From Dehalococcoidia bacterium (GTDB lineage: Bacteria > Chloroflexota > Dehalococcoidia > Lucifugimonadales > GCA-2712585), in NCBI GenBank assembly GCA_965238215.1, contig OZ250180.1:2661524-2725523 (forward strand): DNA of 64,000 nucleotides, written 5' to 3'. The stretch's first letter is position 1. Every line of letters starts with the position of its first letter. The notes under the pieces are model-generated. The model did no database searches, was not told where the DNA came from, and was given only the letters and a program-made list of their open reading frames with translations. Positions 45,107 through 53,578 of this stretch are shown one piece after another. The position numbers were made by a program, and so were the translations under genes.

Positions 45107-46348
45107 GTGTCTTTTGTCACCGCCCTTAGATGTCGAGAGTGCGCCCGGGAGTACCCTGTGGAGCCTCTAAACGTCTGCGACTTCTGCTTCGGCCCCCTTG
45201 AGGTCGCCTACGACTACCGCGCCGTCGCCAAGGCCACCAGCCGACGCCGCATCGAAGAAGGCCCCCTCACCATCTGGCGCTACAAGGACCTGCTGCCCGT
45301 CGACGCCGATAACGCCGTGGACATTCACGCCGGATACACCCCTCTTATCAAGGCCAACAACCTGGGTAGGTTCCTCGGCTTGGATAACCTCTACCTCAAG
45401 AACGACAGCGTAAACCCCTCCTACTCCTTCAAAGACCGGGTGGTTTCCGTGGCCGCCACAAAGGCATTGGAGTTTGGCTTCGACACCCTCAGCTGCGCCT
45501 CCACCGGCAACCTGGCCTGCTCCGTGGCCGCCCATGCCGCTCGCGCGGGGATGCGCTCCGTGGTCTTCATACCCTCCGACCTGGAAGCCGGCAAAGTCAT
45601 CGGCGCCGCCATCTACGGCCCCACCCTAGTGGCCGTCGACGGAAGCTACGACGAGGTAAACCGTCTCTGCAGCGAAATCGCCGACAGCTATCATTGGGCC
45701 TTCGTCAACATCAACATGCGCCCCTTCTACGCCGAGGGCAGCAAGACCCTTGGCCTGGAAGTCGCCGAGCAGCTGGGCTGGCGCTTCCCCGCCCATTGCG
45801 TCGTTCCCGTAGCCTCCGGCGCCTTGCTTTCAAAGATTTGGAGGGGCTTCGACGAGATGGTAGAGGTCGGCCTCATGGAAGGCCCCGTGCCCACTCGAAT
45901 GTACGCAGCCCAGGCCCAAGGCTGCTCCCCCGTCGTCGATGCCTTCAACGCCGGCGAAGAGATGGTCATGCCCGTCCGCCCCAAGTCCATCGCCAAGTCC
46001 TTGGCCATCGGCAACCCCGCCGACGGCATCTACGCCATTCGCACCATGTTGCGCTCCGGCGGAGCCGCCCACGCCGTCCAGGAGGAAGAGGTGGCCGAAG
46101 GCATGAAGCTCTTGGCGGAAACCGAAGGCATCTTTACCGAAACCGCTGGCGGCGTGGTAATATCAGCCCTGAAGAGTCTGGTTAAACGGGGCCTCATCGC
46201 ACGGGACGAGTTGACCGTGGCCTTCATCACCGGCAACGGCCTCAAGACCCAGGAGGTCGTTAGCGACGTTGCCCAACCCCTGACCATCAAACCCACAATG
46301 AGAGACTTTGAAGCGGCCCTAAACGGCCACACCCCGATGGCGAGGTGA
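45107..46348 (+). CDS. Threonine synthase-family PLP enzyme with an N-terminal Zn-ribbon
   Basis: The 413-aa ORF starts LRCRECAREYPVEPLNVCDFCFGPLEV. The PLP-lysine region is NPSYSFKDRV, followed by ASTGNLACSVAAHAARAG. Whether it is a true ThrC or a thiocarboxylate-dependent paralogue cannot be decided by eye. Confidence 0.85.
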   Translation: MSFVTALRCRECAREYPVEPLNVCDFCFGPLEVAYDYRAVAKATSRRRIEEGPLTIWRYKDLLPVDADNAVDIHAGYTPLIKANNLGRFLGLDNLYLKNDSVNPSYSFKDRVVSVAATKALEFGFDTLSCASTGNLACSVAAHAARAGMRSVVFIPSDLEAGKVIGAAIYGPTLVAVDGSYDEVNRLCSEIADSYHWAFVNINMRPFYAEGSKTLGLEVAEQLGWRFPAHCVVPVASGALLSKIWRGFDEMVEVGLMEGPVPTRMYAAQAQGCSPVVDAFNAGEEMVMPVRPKSIAKSLAIGNPADGIYAIRTMLRSGGAAHAVQEEEVAEGMKLLAETEGIFTETAGGVVISALKSLVKRGLIARDELTVAFITGNGLKTQEVVSDVAQPLTIKPTMRDFEAALNGHTPMAR

Positions 46349-46596
46349 ACGACTTGGAAAAGCAGCGCACAAAATTTACCTTCCCTACTGCCCTCGTTAC
46401 CCAGCCCATCATCTACAACCTGGGGCAGAAATTCGACGTGATTACCAACATCCGACGCGCCGACGTTCGAGACGAGATGGGTTGGGTGATTCTGGAGCTT
46501 GAAGGCCCCCAGGACGAAATCCAACGGGGCGTGGCCTGGGTCAGTTCCCTGGGCGTTCGAGTTGACCCCATCGCGGGCGACGTGGTGGAGGGCTGA
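46345..46596 (+). CDS. NIL-domain (ferredoxin-fold, MetN C-terminal-like) small protein
   Basis: The 83-aa ORF starts at a GTG overlapping the upstream stop (GTGA). The pattern F.....V..P.I..L...F.V..NI..A.V.....G...LEL.G....I..G..W...LGV.V resembles NIL domains as I recall them. Confidence 0.6.
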   Translation: MNDLEKQRTKFTFPTALVTQPIIYNLGQKFDVITNIRRADVRDEMGWVILELEGPQDEIQRGVAWVSSLGVRVDPIAGDVVEG

Positions 46597-46676
46597 AGCC
46601 CATCCTCGCACGCCATCAACACTGTAAAACACTATGAAATAAGTCATCCTTTTGGTTCTAAGGAGGTTACCGGCTA

Positions 46677-46952
46677 ATGGGAGTTATGGTGAGGGTTCCC
46701 ACACCCCTTCGGAGGCTTACAAACAATCAAGATAAGGTGGAGGTGGAAGCTTCCACCATCGCCGAGTTCATCGACGGCATGGAGAAGGCCTACCCCGGCA
46801 TCAAGGAACGACTCATGGACGAATCAGGCCAGTTGCGCTATTTCGTCAACATCTACCTCAACGGCGAGGACGTCCGCTTCCTGCAGGGAGTGGACACCGC
46901 CACCCAGTCCGGCGACGAGATAAGCATCGTCCCCGCAGTAGCCGGCGGCTAA
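46677..46952 (+). CDS. MoaD/ThiS/CysO-type ubiquitin-like sulfur-carrier protein
   Basis: The 91-aa ORF has SD AAGGAGG upstream. The sequence ...RYFVNIYLNGEDVRFLQGVDTATQSGDEISIVPAVAGG ends in a free Gly-Gly. Confidence 0.8.
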   Translation: MGVMVRVPTPLRRLTNNQDKVEVEASTIAEFIDGMEKAYPGIKERLMDESGQLRYFVNIYLNGEDVRFLQGVDTATQSGDEISIVPAVAGG

Positions 46953-47008
46953 CCCTCCTCTCCTTCGACGGCGGAAACCGCCAAACCCAAAACCCCCTTG
47001 CTTGATGA

Positions 47009-47034
47009 GGGAAGGCTTAGCCTTCCCTTGCTAA
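47009..47034 (+). terminator. Possible terminator after the sulfur-carrier gene
   Basis: GGGAAGGC-TTA-GCCTTCCC, followed by TTGCTAAGG. The U-tract is weak. Confidence 0.35.
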
Positions 47035-47256
47035 GGCGAGGGATGGGGATGAAACTCGAACCAAACAACAGCCCCTCAGTAGGGTGCGATCGGCGTCTTC
47101 TACGCGCCTATTAACTCAAATGCTCTTCTCCTATAACCTCTAAATGCAACGTTAGAGCGAAGGAGACGAGCCATCGAAAACCAGGATCCGCCCAAGGAAA
47201 CTGTCTGGACCGCCCTATCGGAAGCCAGACACTGGTACTTCGGGATTTTCACCCTC

Positions 47257-47607
47257 TTGTTCACCGTTTGGGAAATCCTAATCATAGCTAGAGAAATTGG
47301 AACGGGTCAGGGTATAATTGAAACGTGCCTCGCGTTGCTCGGCCCTTCCTCCGACGCGATGACGTTCAGCTTGGGCGGAGCCTACGCCCTAACCGAGGCA
47401 GGGAGGATAACAGTGGTAATCGCAAAAGCATTGGACGATTGGCGCAAGAGGCGTATAGAAGCCGCTCGCGAAGTTGCTCATAAGGAAGGCGAGGCCAAGG
47501 GCCGCGCCGAAGAACGGCAGGCGTGGGAGAGTTGGTACGCCCGGTGGAAAGAGGCCAGGGCGCAAGGGGAGGACTTCTCCGAACCTCCGCCCAACGGCAA
47601 GATCTAG
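47257..47607 (+). CDS. Hypothetical protein (hydrophobic N-part, charged helical C-part)
   Basis: The 116-aa ORF has a C-terminus WRKRRIEAAREVAHKEGEAKGRAEERQAWESWYARWKEARAQGEDFSEPPP. The start is uncertain (TTG in the track; an internal ATG gives MTFSLGG...). Confidence 0.3.
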   Translation: MFTVWEILIIAREIGTGQGIIETCLALLGPSSDAMTFSLGGAYALTEAGRITVVIAKALDDWRKRRIEAAREVAHKEGEAKGRAEERQAWESWYARWKEARAQGEDFSEPPPNGKI

Positions 47608-47649
47608 GCACGGTTCACCCACTCTCGCGGGTCGTCAGGGGGAAAGCGT

Positions 47650-48006
47650 TCAGGCAGCGTCATACACTACAATTCCATCCTTCAGCGCGGGCTTGATTAC
47701 TAAGGCATGGCTGTCCTTGTACCTCCCTACGTCTTCGGGACTGGCCACCACCAGATCAACGGCGGCTTTGACGCCATACAGCGCGCGACGGATCCTCGCA
47801 CTGAGTTCCCGCTTATTGGACGCCGACTTGATAATGAGAAAGTCCATGTCGCTGTGCGGCCCCGCCTCGCCGCGGGCCGTGGAACCGAAGAGAATGACCT
47901 TTTCCGGTTCCGCCGCCTCTACGATTCGCCTAACGATTTCAGCGAGGTCGCTTCGCGCATTGTCCGACAGCGCCAGTCCATCTTCTTTCATGAACTTTTT
48001 CCTCAT
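47650..48006 (-). CDS. Minimal nucleotidyltransferase (MNT-type, Pol-beta superfamily)
   Basis: The motif is ILFGSTARGEAGPHSDMDFLII (GS-x9-10-D-x-D). The likely start is ATG 48006 or 47991. The track ORF start at 48096 would overlap the end of tgt. Confidence 0.7.
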   Translation of the reverse strand: MRKKFMKEDGLALSDNARSDLAEIVRRIVEAAEPEKVILFGSTARGEAGPHSDMDFLIIKSASNKRELSARIRRALYGVKAAVDLVVASPEDVGRYKDSHALVIKPALKDGIVVYDAA

Positions 48007-48068
48007 TCCTTCCCCCACTACCACTTTCCTCAAATATATGATAGCCAATCCTTCCTCAATCCGTAACC

Positions 48069-49241
48069 CTAGCCCCCGGCCCGCTCCCGCATCCACCGCC
48101 GCTTCTGCGCCATCCTCGCCGCCTCGTCCGTGGGCCGGTATCGCCCAAGAAAATCCTGGGCGAACGCCTCGTAATCACCTTTCACAATGCGCCGTCGCAT
48201 CTCTTCCATCAACCTCTGCACAAACCGCAGATTGTGGATGGACGCCAAACGCAGGCCCAACAATTCCTTCGTCCGAAACAGGTGGTTCAGGTACGCCCTG
48301 GAGAACCCGACGCACGCCAGGCAGTCGCATCCCTCCTCCACCGGCCCCTGGTCCTTTCGAAAGCGTGCCGTGGTTATGTTTATCCGTCCCTCCGGAGTGA
48401 ACAGCGCCCCGTTGCGCGCCACCCGCGTGGGCAAGGCGCAATCAAACATATCCATACCCCGCGCCACGCCCTCCACCAGGTCTTCCGGCGACCCGACGCC
48501 CATCAGATAGCGTGGCCTGTCCGGCGGAAGTAACTCTTCCGTAAACGACACCATCTCATACATCTGATCCTTCGTCTCCCCCACTGCTAGCCCGCCCACG
48601 GCGTAGCCCGGAAAGTCAAAGCCGGTGATAAACTCCGCCGACTCCCGCCGCATCTCCTTCGAAATCCCACCCTGAACAATGCCGAAAAGGGCCTGTCGAC
48701 TGCTCTTCCACGCTCTACGGCAGCGAGCCGCCCACCGGTGCGTCCGTTTCATTGCTTCCCGAACTGCTTCCTCCGAACCGTCGGCTGCCACGCACTGGTC
48801 CAGGCACATCATCACGTCCACCCCCAAACGCTCCTGGTAGGCTACCGTCGCCGCCGGCGTGAACCGGTGCAGACTGCCGTCCAGATGAGAGCGGAAGACC
48901 ACCGCCTCGTCCGTCAGCTTTGCCATCGACCTCAGACTGAACGCCTGAAAACCGCCGCTGTCCGTCAGGATCGGCCCCTTCCAACCCATGAACTCGTGAA
49001 GCCCTGCCGCCGCCTCGATGACCTCTATACCCGGCCGGAGATAGAGGTGATAGGTGTTTCCAAGAATGATGTCCGCTCCCAACTCTCGAAGCTCCTGGGG
49101 CGTCACCCCCTTCACACTGCCCTGGGTGGCAACGGGCATGAAGGCCGGCGTATCAACGACTCCGTGGGGAGTATCGATCACGCCGGCGCGGGCCTTCCCA
49201 CAAACCGCCTTCAGGGTGAAACCGAATTCTGACGCCGTCAT
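48069..49241 (-). CDS. tgt: Queuine tRNA-ribosyltransferase
   Basis: The 390-aa ORF reads ARAGVIDTPHGVVDTPAFMPV...ILGNTYHLYLRPG...TDSGGFQ and has the Zn site CDCLAC...H. Confidence 0.95.
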   Translation of the reverse strand: MTASEFGFTLKAVCGKARAGVIDTPHGVVDTPAFMPVATQGSVKGVTPQELRELGADIILGNTYHLYLRPGIEVIEAAAGLHEFMGWKGPILTDSGGFQAFSLRSMAKLTDEAVVFRSHLDGSLHRFTPAATVAYQERLGVDVMMCLDQCVAADGSEEAVREAMKRTHRWAARCRRAWKSSRQALFGIVQGGISKEMRRESAEFITGFDFPGYAVGGLAVGETKDQMYEMVSFTEELLPPDRPRYLMGVGSPEDLVEGVARGMDMFDCALPTRVARNGALFTPEGRINITTARFRKDQGPVEEGCDCLACVGFSRAYLNHLFRTKELLGLRLASIHNLRFVQRLMEEMRRRIVKGDYEAFAQDFLGRYRPTDEAARMAQKRRWMRERAGG

Positions 49242-50155
49242 ACTATCTCCAGGCCCTTCAGAATCAGCTGAATGCCGATTACCAACAGCGCCAGCGAAAG
49301 CAGCTTCAGAATCCAGCCGCCTTGAAAGAACCTGGACACGTAGACCCCCATCTGCGCCCCCGATACCACTCCCGCGCCTATGAGCAGGGCCGGCACAATG
49401 TCAACGTTGCCGTATATAACATGCCCCACCGTCCCGATGCTGGTGTAGATGGCCTGGGTGAATACGGACGTGGCCGTGGCGATTATGACTGGAAAGCGGA
49501 ACAGATAAACAAGCATCGGCGTCCGAACAGGGCCACCACCCATGCCGAAGAAGCTGGAGAGAAACCCAAAAAGTCCGTTGGTGGCTACCGCCCCGGGTTC
49601 GTTGTACATATACCGGAACGTGCCCTGATCGGATGTCTTTATTCGCCGGATTTTGGAGCCGAAGGCGCGAGCCCGGGCCGGCATGCGGATGCCCCGGACC
49701 GTCCCAGGAGGTGGCGGTTTCGCCTTGTATTCCGGACGTAGCATTACGTAAAGTCCCAGCAGGCTGAGAAAAGAGCCGAATATCACCTCGAAGGGGCCCT
49801 CCGTCACCGCCTTCAAGCCCAGAATCCCCAGCAGCGAGCCGGGTATTGCGGCCATGCTGAATAGAAGCGCTGACCGCAAGTCCACCCGCTTCAAGTACAG
49901 ATAGGAAACCGACCCGGATATGGAAGCCAGCGCTACGGTAAATAGGCTGGTGCCCACGGCCAAGTTGTGGTCCATGCCGAACAGGATGATGAGGAGCGGC
50001 GCAACAATGAAGCCCCCGCCGGAGCCTATGAGCACCCCGTAGCCGCTGGCAAAAAACCCCAGAACCACCAGCCCCAGGGCGGCAAGAATCGTTAGCTCAT
50101 CCACTGTCCGCCGGTCTCCGTTTTCCTTTTGGGAGGATAGGCGGATACTATACAT
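49238..50155 (-). CDS. TauE/SafE-family anion (sulfite-type) exporter
   Basis: It is a multi-TM protein with two GxGGG-like segments (LIGSGGGFIVAPLL; FFGMGGGPVRTPML). The likely start is ATG 50155. The track extension to 50263 translates a REP-like element. Confidence 0.78.
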   Translation of the reverse strand: MYSIRLSSQKENGDRRTVDELTILAALGLVVLGFFASGYGVLIGSGGGFIVAPLLIILFGMDHNLAVGTSLFTVALASISGSVSYLYLKRVDLRSALLFSMAAIPGSLLGILGLKAVTEGPFEVIFGSFLSLLGLYVMLRPEYKAKPPPPGTVRGIRMPARARAFGSKIRRIKTSDQGTFRYMYNEPGAVATNGLFGFLSSFFGMGGGPVRTPMLVYLFRFPVIIATATSVFTQAIYTSIGTVGHVIYGNVDIVPALLIGAGVVSGAQMGVYVSRFFQGGWILKLLSLALLVIGIQLILKGLEIV

Positions 50156-50280
50156 GACCGCCGTCAACCTAGCTACGCACCCTCGCTGCCTGTCATTCCG
50201 AGTCCCACGAGGAATCTCGCCGCCCACCATGATCCCGCCCATCAATTCCAGAAACGGCCCCAAAATGGTATAATTTCTCC

Positions 50281-50979
50281 ATGAAGCTGAAAGAGTTGCA
50301 CTCTTGGAACGTTCCGCCTCAGGAAGCCAGGGGCATACAACAGCAGCTGGCCCAGCAGGTCTTGCGGGAGAACCACGTGCCCGTGGGCGCCCGGCTCATA
50401 GCCGGCGTCGACATCTCCGGCGTTAACAGGCAGGGCCTCGCCACCGGCGCCGTGGTTGTCCTAGACGTCCCCACCTTCACCATTCGTGAAGTACGCACCG
50501 TTCAAGCCGAGCCTCCCATGAAATACGTCCCCGGCCTCTTATCATTTCGGGAGGTTCCCGTTCTGGTTCAAGCCCTGGAGACCCTGACCACCATCCCAGA
50601 CCTAATCATGGTGGACGGACAGGGCATTGCCCACCCCCGTCGATTCGGCATCGCCAGCCATCTGGGGCTGATCATGGACCTCCCCGCCATAGGCTGCGGC
50701 AAGTCCATCCTTACCGGCAAGCACGAGTCCCTGGACGAACATCGGGGCGCGCAAGTCCCCCTCATGGACCGGCAAGACCACTTGGGCATGGCCCTGCGCA
50801 CCCGTACCAACGTCGCCCCCGTATACGTATCAGTGGGCCACAAGATAGACCTGGATACCGCCGTCAAGTGGGTCCTTTCCTGCTGTCGCGGCTTTCGCTT
50901 GCCGGAACCTACCCGTCTGGCCCATCAGGCCGCCGCCGGTCGCCTGACTTATGCGACGCCCAACGGTGCGTCAGCCTAG
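50281..50979 (+). CDS. nfi: Endonuclease V
   Basis: The 232-aa ORF reads IAGVDISG...YVPGLLSFREVP...DLIMVDGQGIAHPRRFGIASHLG...IGCGKS. Confidence 0.9.
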   Translation: MKLKELHSWNVPPQEARGIQQQLAQQVLRENHVPVGARLIAGVDISGVNRQGLATGAVVVLDVPTFTIREVRTVQAEPPMKYVPGLLSFREVPVLVQALETLTTIPDLIMVDGQGIAHPRRFGIASHLGLIMDLPAIGCGKSILTGKHESLDEHRGAQVPLMDRQDHLGMALRTRTNVAPVYVSVGHKIDLDTAVKWVLSCCRGFRLPEPTRLAHQAAAGRLTYATPNGASA

Positions 50980-51038
50980 CTGCTGATACCTTCGTCAATC
51001 CCTTCAATACCGCAACGGCAAACACTGGAGAAGCGCAA

Positions 51039-52152
51039 GTGCAAGAGTTGAGACACAAGCTGCAGGAGACGACCCGGAGGGTGGACCAGATCCTGGAGCA
51101 TCTTTGACGTTCCCGATAAAGAGACCCAAATTGCGCGTATAGAGAAGGAGTCCTATAACCCGGACTTCTGGCAGGACCCACCCAAGGCCCAGTCGCAAAT
51201 GCAGCGGCTTACCCACTTGAAGGACACTGTGCAGGCTTGGCATGGCCTTCGCGACCAGGGTGCCTATCTACTGGAACTGGTGGAAATGTCTCTGGAAGAA
51301 GGGGACGACTCCCTTGAGCCACAGATAACCAAGGAATCGGAGTCCTTCCTGGACGACCTGCGGGAAAAGGAGATGGAACTCACCCTCTCCGGCCCCTACG
51401 ACCGACGGCCCGCCATCCTGTCCATCCAATCAGGCGCCGGCGGCGTAGACTCCCAGGACTGGAGTCAGATGCTCCTCCGCATGTACCTTCGATGGGCGGA
51501 ACGCCGTGGCTGTAAGGTGCAAATGCTTAACCTGTCCGATGCCGACGGCGGGGGAATCAAGAGCGCGGCGTTGGAGATTTCCGGACCCCTGGCCTTCGGC
51601 TACCTCAAGGCGGAAAAGGGCGTTCACCGGCTGGTGCGTCTTTCCCCCTTCAACAGCGACCACCTTCGCCACACCTCCTTCGCCCAAGTCGTCGTGCTCC
51701 CAGCCGCCGACGAGGAAGACGCAGAGGTGGAGATTCGGCCCGAAGACTTGAAGATTGACTTCTTCCGCTCCAGCGGACCGGGAGGACAAAACGTCCAGAA
51801 GGTCGCCTCAGCCGTCCGGCTGACCCACCTGCCCACCGGATTAGTCGTAAGCTGCCAGACAGAGCGCTCCCAGCACCAGAACAGGGAATACGCCACCACC
51901 CTCCTTAAAGCCCACCTGCTCCAGCTGCGTTTGGAAGAGCGCGCCAAGAAAATGGCGGAGCTTCGCGGCAAAAGGGTCTCCGCCGAATGGGGGAGCCAGA
52001 TTAGGAGCTACGTGCTCCACCCCTACCGTATGGTGAAAGACCACCGCAGCCAACACCAGGTATCCGATGCCGCCGCCGTACTCGATGGCGACATCGACGA
52101 TTTTCTAAAGGCATACCTTCTGGCCTCCGTTGGGGGAAACGTCCACCCGTAA
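51039..52152 (+). CDS. prfB: Peptide chain release factor 2, requiring a programmed +1 frameshift at 51105
   Basis: Frame 0 runs from GTG 51039 (GGAG lies 8 nt upstream) and reads VQELRHKLQETTRRVDQILEHL, then CTT TGA C. The +1 frame continues DVPDKETQIARIEKESYNPDFWQDPPKAQ... into ORF 51199..52152 (51199-51106=93). It has the RF2 SPF motif (RLSPFNS) and GGQ (SGPGGQNVQK). Confidence 0.92.
51095..51108 (+). promoter_or_regulatory. RF2 autoregulatory frameshift site
   Basis: GGAG-CAT-CTT-TGA-C has the same layout as the E. coli site (SD-like element, 3-nt spacer, CUU UGA C). Confidence 0.88.
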
Positions 52153-52162
52153 AGACGGCACA

Positions 52163-53482
52163 TCATCTCCTGCCCATAGCCATATGCCGCGATTCCGGCA
52201 GTCCCCGGAGTCTCATCATCGCGGCTATCCCCACCACCGGCCCGATAGCGAGGAAGGCGAACGCCCACCCCCAACCGGCAGCGTCGGCTATCAGGGGTAC
52301 CAGCCGGATCGTCAATATCGTCAGAAGAAACCCCACCCCCGTCTGGAAGGTCAACGCCGTGCCCCGGTAGGCCTCATCGGAAAGCTCCGTCATGCCCGTG
52401 GAGAACTGCGCCGAGTCGGCTATCACGAACACCCCCCAAGCCAACGCAGCCACGGCAATCAACCACCTCAAGTCCGCATCGATGAATCCGATGAACAGCG
52501 CAATGCCCCCGCTCAATACCATGGCCGCGCTGGTGACCAGGCATCGACCCCATCTTTCGGCAAACCAGCCTGCGGCGAAGCTCCCAACACCGCCGGCCAG
52601 GAAGACCAGGAAGGCAAGCAGTCCCGCCAGTCCCAACGAGCCGCCCGCCAAACTCCGCCCACCGAACACCGCCAGCAGGTAGGTCGGAATCCAGGCCCAC
52701 ATGGCGTACAACTCCCACATGTGCCCCAGATAGCCTATGAGGACCAGTCGGGAGGCCCGATTCTTCATCACGTGAACCACGAACCGTGGGTTGAATTTGG
52801 GCGCCGGAACGTCAAATGGCCCGTCGGCAACCAGGAGGTAGACCACCCCTCCGGATACGACCGCTAGGGCCGAGCTCACAAAGAGCGTAGTTTCCCACTG
52901 GGCGGTAAAAATGGCGCTTAGAAGGTGGGGCGAGCCGGATCCCAGCGTCAAAGCGCCCACCATCGCACCTATGGCGATACCCCGGCCGGACTTGAACCAA
53001 CCCGCAATTATCTTCATGCCGGGCGGGTAGACTCCGCCAAGAAAAGCACCCGCGAGAATCCGCAGAACTAGTGCATAAGCAAAGTCCTGCGGCACAAATA
53101 CCAGCGCAACGTTGACGACGCCCGCCATGATGGAGCAGACGGCAAACAGGGTGCGCGTATTGACCAGATCCGCCAGGTTGGTGAAGGCGATGATAAGAGT
53201 CCCCGCCACGAAGCCCAACTGCACCGCCATAGTGAGCCACGCCAGATGGTCTTGGGAGTAGCCCCTCTCCGCCTCCAGCGCGGGCGCGATGGCATTGGCG
53301 CTGAACCATACGCTGAGGCTCAGCAACGTCGCCAGTGACATCAGGGCTAGGGTGCGCCATCTATTGGGCGATTCCTCGCTTGTCAACGCATTGCCTGGAG
53401 TGTTTGCCGCCAGGACGCTCGTGCCTCCGGTACTATTTGTCCTCCTGCAGCCGCTCATGCCGACAAGATAGGACAGCGCCAA
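52163..53482 (-). CDS. MFS transporter
   Basis: The 439-aa ORF has about 12 TM helices and MFS-like loops (ILAGAFLGGVYPPGMKIIAGWFKSGRGIAIG). Confidence 0.8.
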   Translation of the reverse strand: MALSYLVGMSGCRRTNSTGGTSVLAANTPGNALTSEESPNRWRTLALMSLATLLSLSVWFSANAIAPALEAERGYSQDHLAWLTMAVQLGFVAGTLIIAFTNLADLVNTRTLFAVCSIMAGVVNVALVFVPQDFAYALVLRILAGAFLGGVYPPGMKIIAGWFKSGRGIAIGAMVGALTLGSGSPHLLSAIFTAQWETTLFVSSALAVVSGGVVYLLVADGPFDVPAPKFNPRFVVHVMKNRASRLVLIGYLGHMWELYAMWAWIPTYLLAVFGGRSLAGGSLGLAGLLAFLVFLAGGVGSFAAGWFAERWGRCLVTSAAMVLSGGIALFIGFIDADLRWLIAVAALAWGVFVIADSAQFSTGMTELSDEAYRGTALTFQTGVGFLLTILTIRLVPLIADAAGWGWAFAFLAIGPVVGIAAMMRLRGLPESRHMAMGRR

Positions 53483-53578
53483 GTGTACCGGAGAAGCAGG
53501 GGACTAGACTACCTGTGGTGGCGGCAAATCCCTATGCGTGACTGTCGTTGAGGGGTGGCTCGTGGTCGCAACCCGGGT

